Source: Acidobacteriota bacterium
GTDB lineage: Bacteria > Acidobacteriota > UBA6911 > RPQK01 > JADFOI01
DNA: 64,000 bases
Reading direction: 5' to 3'
Assembly (NCBI GenBank): GCA_965218935.1
Contig: CBDCMH010000002.1
Location: forward strand, 320,899-384,898
The position numbers were made by a program, and so were the translations under genes. Under the pieces are notes generated by a model that did not search any database, had not been told where the DNA came from, and was given only the letters and a program-made list of their open reading frames with translations. Of the stretch, positions 62,587-64,000 are shown piece by piece. Within the stretch, counting starts at the first letter, position 1. Every line of letters begins with the position of its first letter.

Positions 62587-63774
62587 CTATTCCACAACCT
62601 CTGCAATGGTTCCGGCTCCCACCGTGTGTCCGCCTTCACGAATGGCAAACCGTAGTCCCTTCTCCATGGCGATGGGTGTGATCAGTTCCACGTCAACGGA
62701 AACGTTGTCTCCCGGCATCACCATTTCCGTTCCGCCTGGAAGTTCCACCGAACCCGTCACGTCCGTGGTTCGAAAATAAAACTGGGGCCGATATCCCGTG
62801 AAAAACGGTGTGTGGCGGCCCCCTTCTTCCTTGTTCAATATATAGGCTTCCCCCTTGAAATGCTTATGAGGGGTTATGCTTCCCGGCGCCGCTACCACCT
62901 GGCCCCGCTCCACATCTTCCTTGTCCGTTCCTCGTAGCAGCAGTCCCACGTTGTCTCCCGCCTGCCCTTCATCCAGCATCTTCTTGAACATCTCCACTCC
63001 CGTGACCACTCGCTTCATGGTGTCCCGAATCCCAACGATCTCCATCTCTTCTCCCACCTTCACCTGTCCTCGCTCCACTCGGCCCGTCACTACCGTTCCT
63101 CGTCCGCTGATCGTGAAGATATCCTCCACCGGCATCAAAAACGGCTTGTCGATCTCCCGCTCCGGTACCGGTATATACTCATCCACTGCCGCCAGCAACT
63201 CCTGTATTCCTTTTTCAGCCTCCCCATCCCCTTCCAGCGCTTTTAAGGCACTGCCCCGCGCAATCGGTATGTCATCTCCCGGAAATTCGTACTTCGACAG
63301 CAGCTCCCGCACCTCCAGTTCCACCAGATCCAGCAGTTCCGGATCATCCACTAGATCCACCTTGTTCAAGAACACCACGATATTGGGCACTCCCACCTGC
63401 CGCGCCAGCAAGATGTGCTCCCGCGTCTGCGGCATCGGTCCATCCGCTGCCGACACCACCAGGATCGCTCCATCCATCTGGGCCGCTCCCGTGATCATGT
63501 TCTTTACATAATCGGCGTGGCCCGGGCAGTCCACATGGGCATAGTGGCGATTCTCCGTCTCGTACTCCACATGGGCCGTCGCTATCGTGATTCCCCGCTC
63601 CCTCTCTTCCGGTGCGTTGTCAATCGAATCAAACGTCCGTACCTCCACTGACTTGTTCCCCTTCGCCAGGATCTGGGTGATGGCCGCCGTCAGCGTCGTC
63701 TTCCCGTGATCCACATGCCCGATCGTTCCCACGTTCACATGAGGTTTCGTTCGTTCAAATTTCTTCTTTGCCAT
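62587..63774 (-). CDS. tuf: elongation factor Tu
   Basis: [18 protein letters not shown]; full length; TAG stop. Confidence 0.97.
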   Translation of the reverse strand: MAKKKFERTKPHVNVGTIGHVDHGKTTLTAAITQILAKGNKSVEVRTFDSIDNAPEERERGITIATAHVEYETENRHYAHVDCPGHADYVKNMITGAAQMDGAILVVSAADGPMPQTREHILLARQVGVPNIVVFLNKVDLVDDPELLDLVELEVRELLSKYEFPGDDIPIARGSALKALEGDGEAEKGIQELLAAVDEYIPVPEREIDKPFLMPVEDIFTISGRGTVVTGRVERGQVKVGEEMEIVGIRDTMKRVVTGVEMFKKMLDEGQAGDNVGLLLRGTDKEDVERGQVVAAPGSITPHKHFKGEAYILNKEEGGRHTPFFTGYRPQFYFRTTDVTGSVELPGGTEMVMPGDNVSVDVELITPIAMEKGLRFAIREGGHTVGAGTIAEVVE

Positions 63775-63813
63775 AGGTTCTCCTCTTCCCTCAAGTCCAC
63801 ACGATCAACAGAC

Positions 63814-63885
<72 letters not shown>

Positions 63886-63961
63886 ACGTTGTTTGTTAAT
63901 GGTTCGCGGGTAGCCTACCTAGTTCTTTACAACCAAACAATTCTATAGGACCTGTATTCAG

Positions 63962-64000
63962 GTCTGGAGCGGGAGACGGGATTCGAACCCGCGACCAATA
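63962..64000 (-). tRNA. partial tRNA 3' end at window edge (likely tRNA-Gly)
   Basis: GGTTCGAATCCCGTCTCCCGCTCCA T-arm/acceptor/CCA; rest lies beyond window. Confidence 0.5.

Overview
This is a 64 kb bacterial chromosomal window with high GC. A 16S rRNA gene, tRNAs and the rif/str-region genes are present, and carboxypeptidase-regulatory-domain TonB-dependent receptor and LtrA proteins suggest an Acidobacteria-like organism (unconfirmed).

The right third (50-64 kb) is the conserved minus-strand block tRNA-Gly(partial), tRNA-Thr, tuf, rpmG, tRNA-Trp, secE, nusG, rplK, rplA, rplJ, rplL, rpoB, rpoC. Just upstream lies a type IV pilus module: pilC, a PilS-like kinase, a PilR-like sigma-54 activator, and pilA with a sigma-54 promoter.

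The middle (34-44 kb) holds a minus-strand 16S rRNA followed by tRNA-Ala(TGC) but no 23S. It also holds lpxB, mnmA, an enolase-superfamily enzyme, a frameshifted hyuB, and a UbiA prenyltransferase.

The region 10-31 kb holds two separated halves of a MoxR/vWA (Bat-like) system. It also holds a putative polymer-utilisation-like cluster: a TonB-dependent receptor, a dihaem cytochrome c, two alpha/beta hydrolases, and a CBM9/DUF5916 gene with two in-frame stops. A CPA2 antiporter and a cytochrome c-beta-propeller fusion are there too.

The left 10 kb is an insertion-sequence hotspot. A 4.2 kb IS1595-family element (IRs plus an 8-bp TSD) has split a cNMP-binding/GGDEF gene. It carries a frameshifted transposase, a nested frameshifted ISNCY element, and about 1.6 kb of small-protein cargo. 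An IS481 and an IS3 element follow. Near 31 kb there is an IS3 remnant plus a truncated IS110 transposase.

Several short dispersed repeat families are present: 7-8-mer iterated hairpin repeats and a 60-bp palindromic repeat. Several genes carry apparent frameshifts, in-frame stops, or repeat-encoded C-terminal tails.
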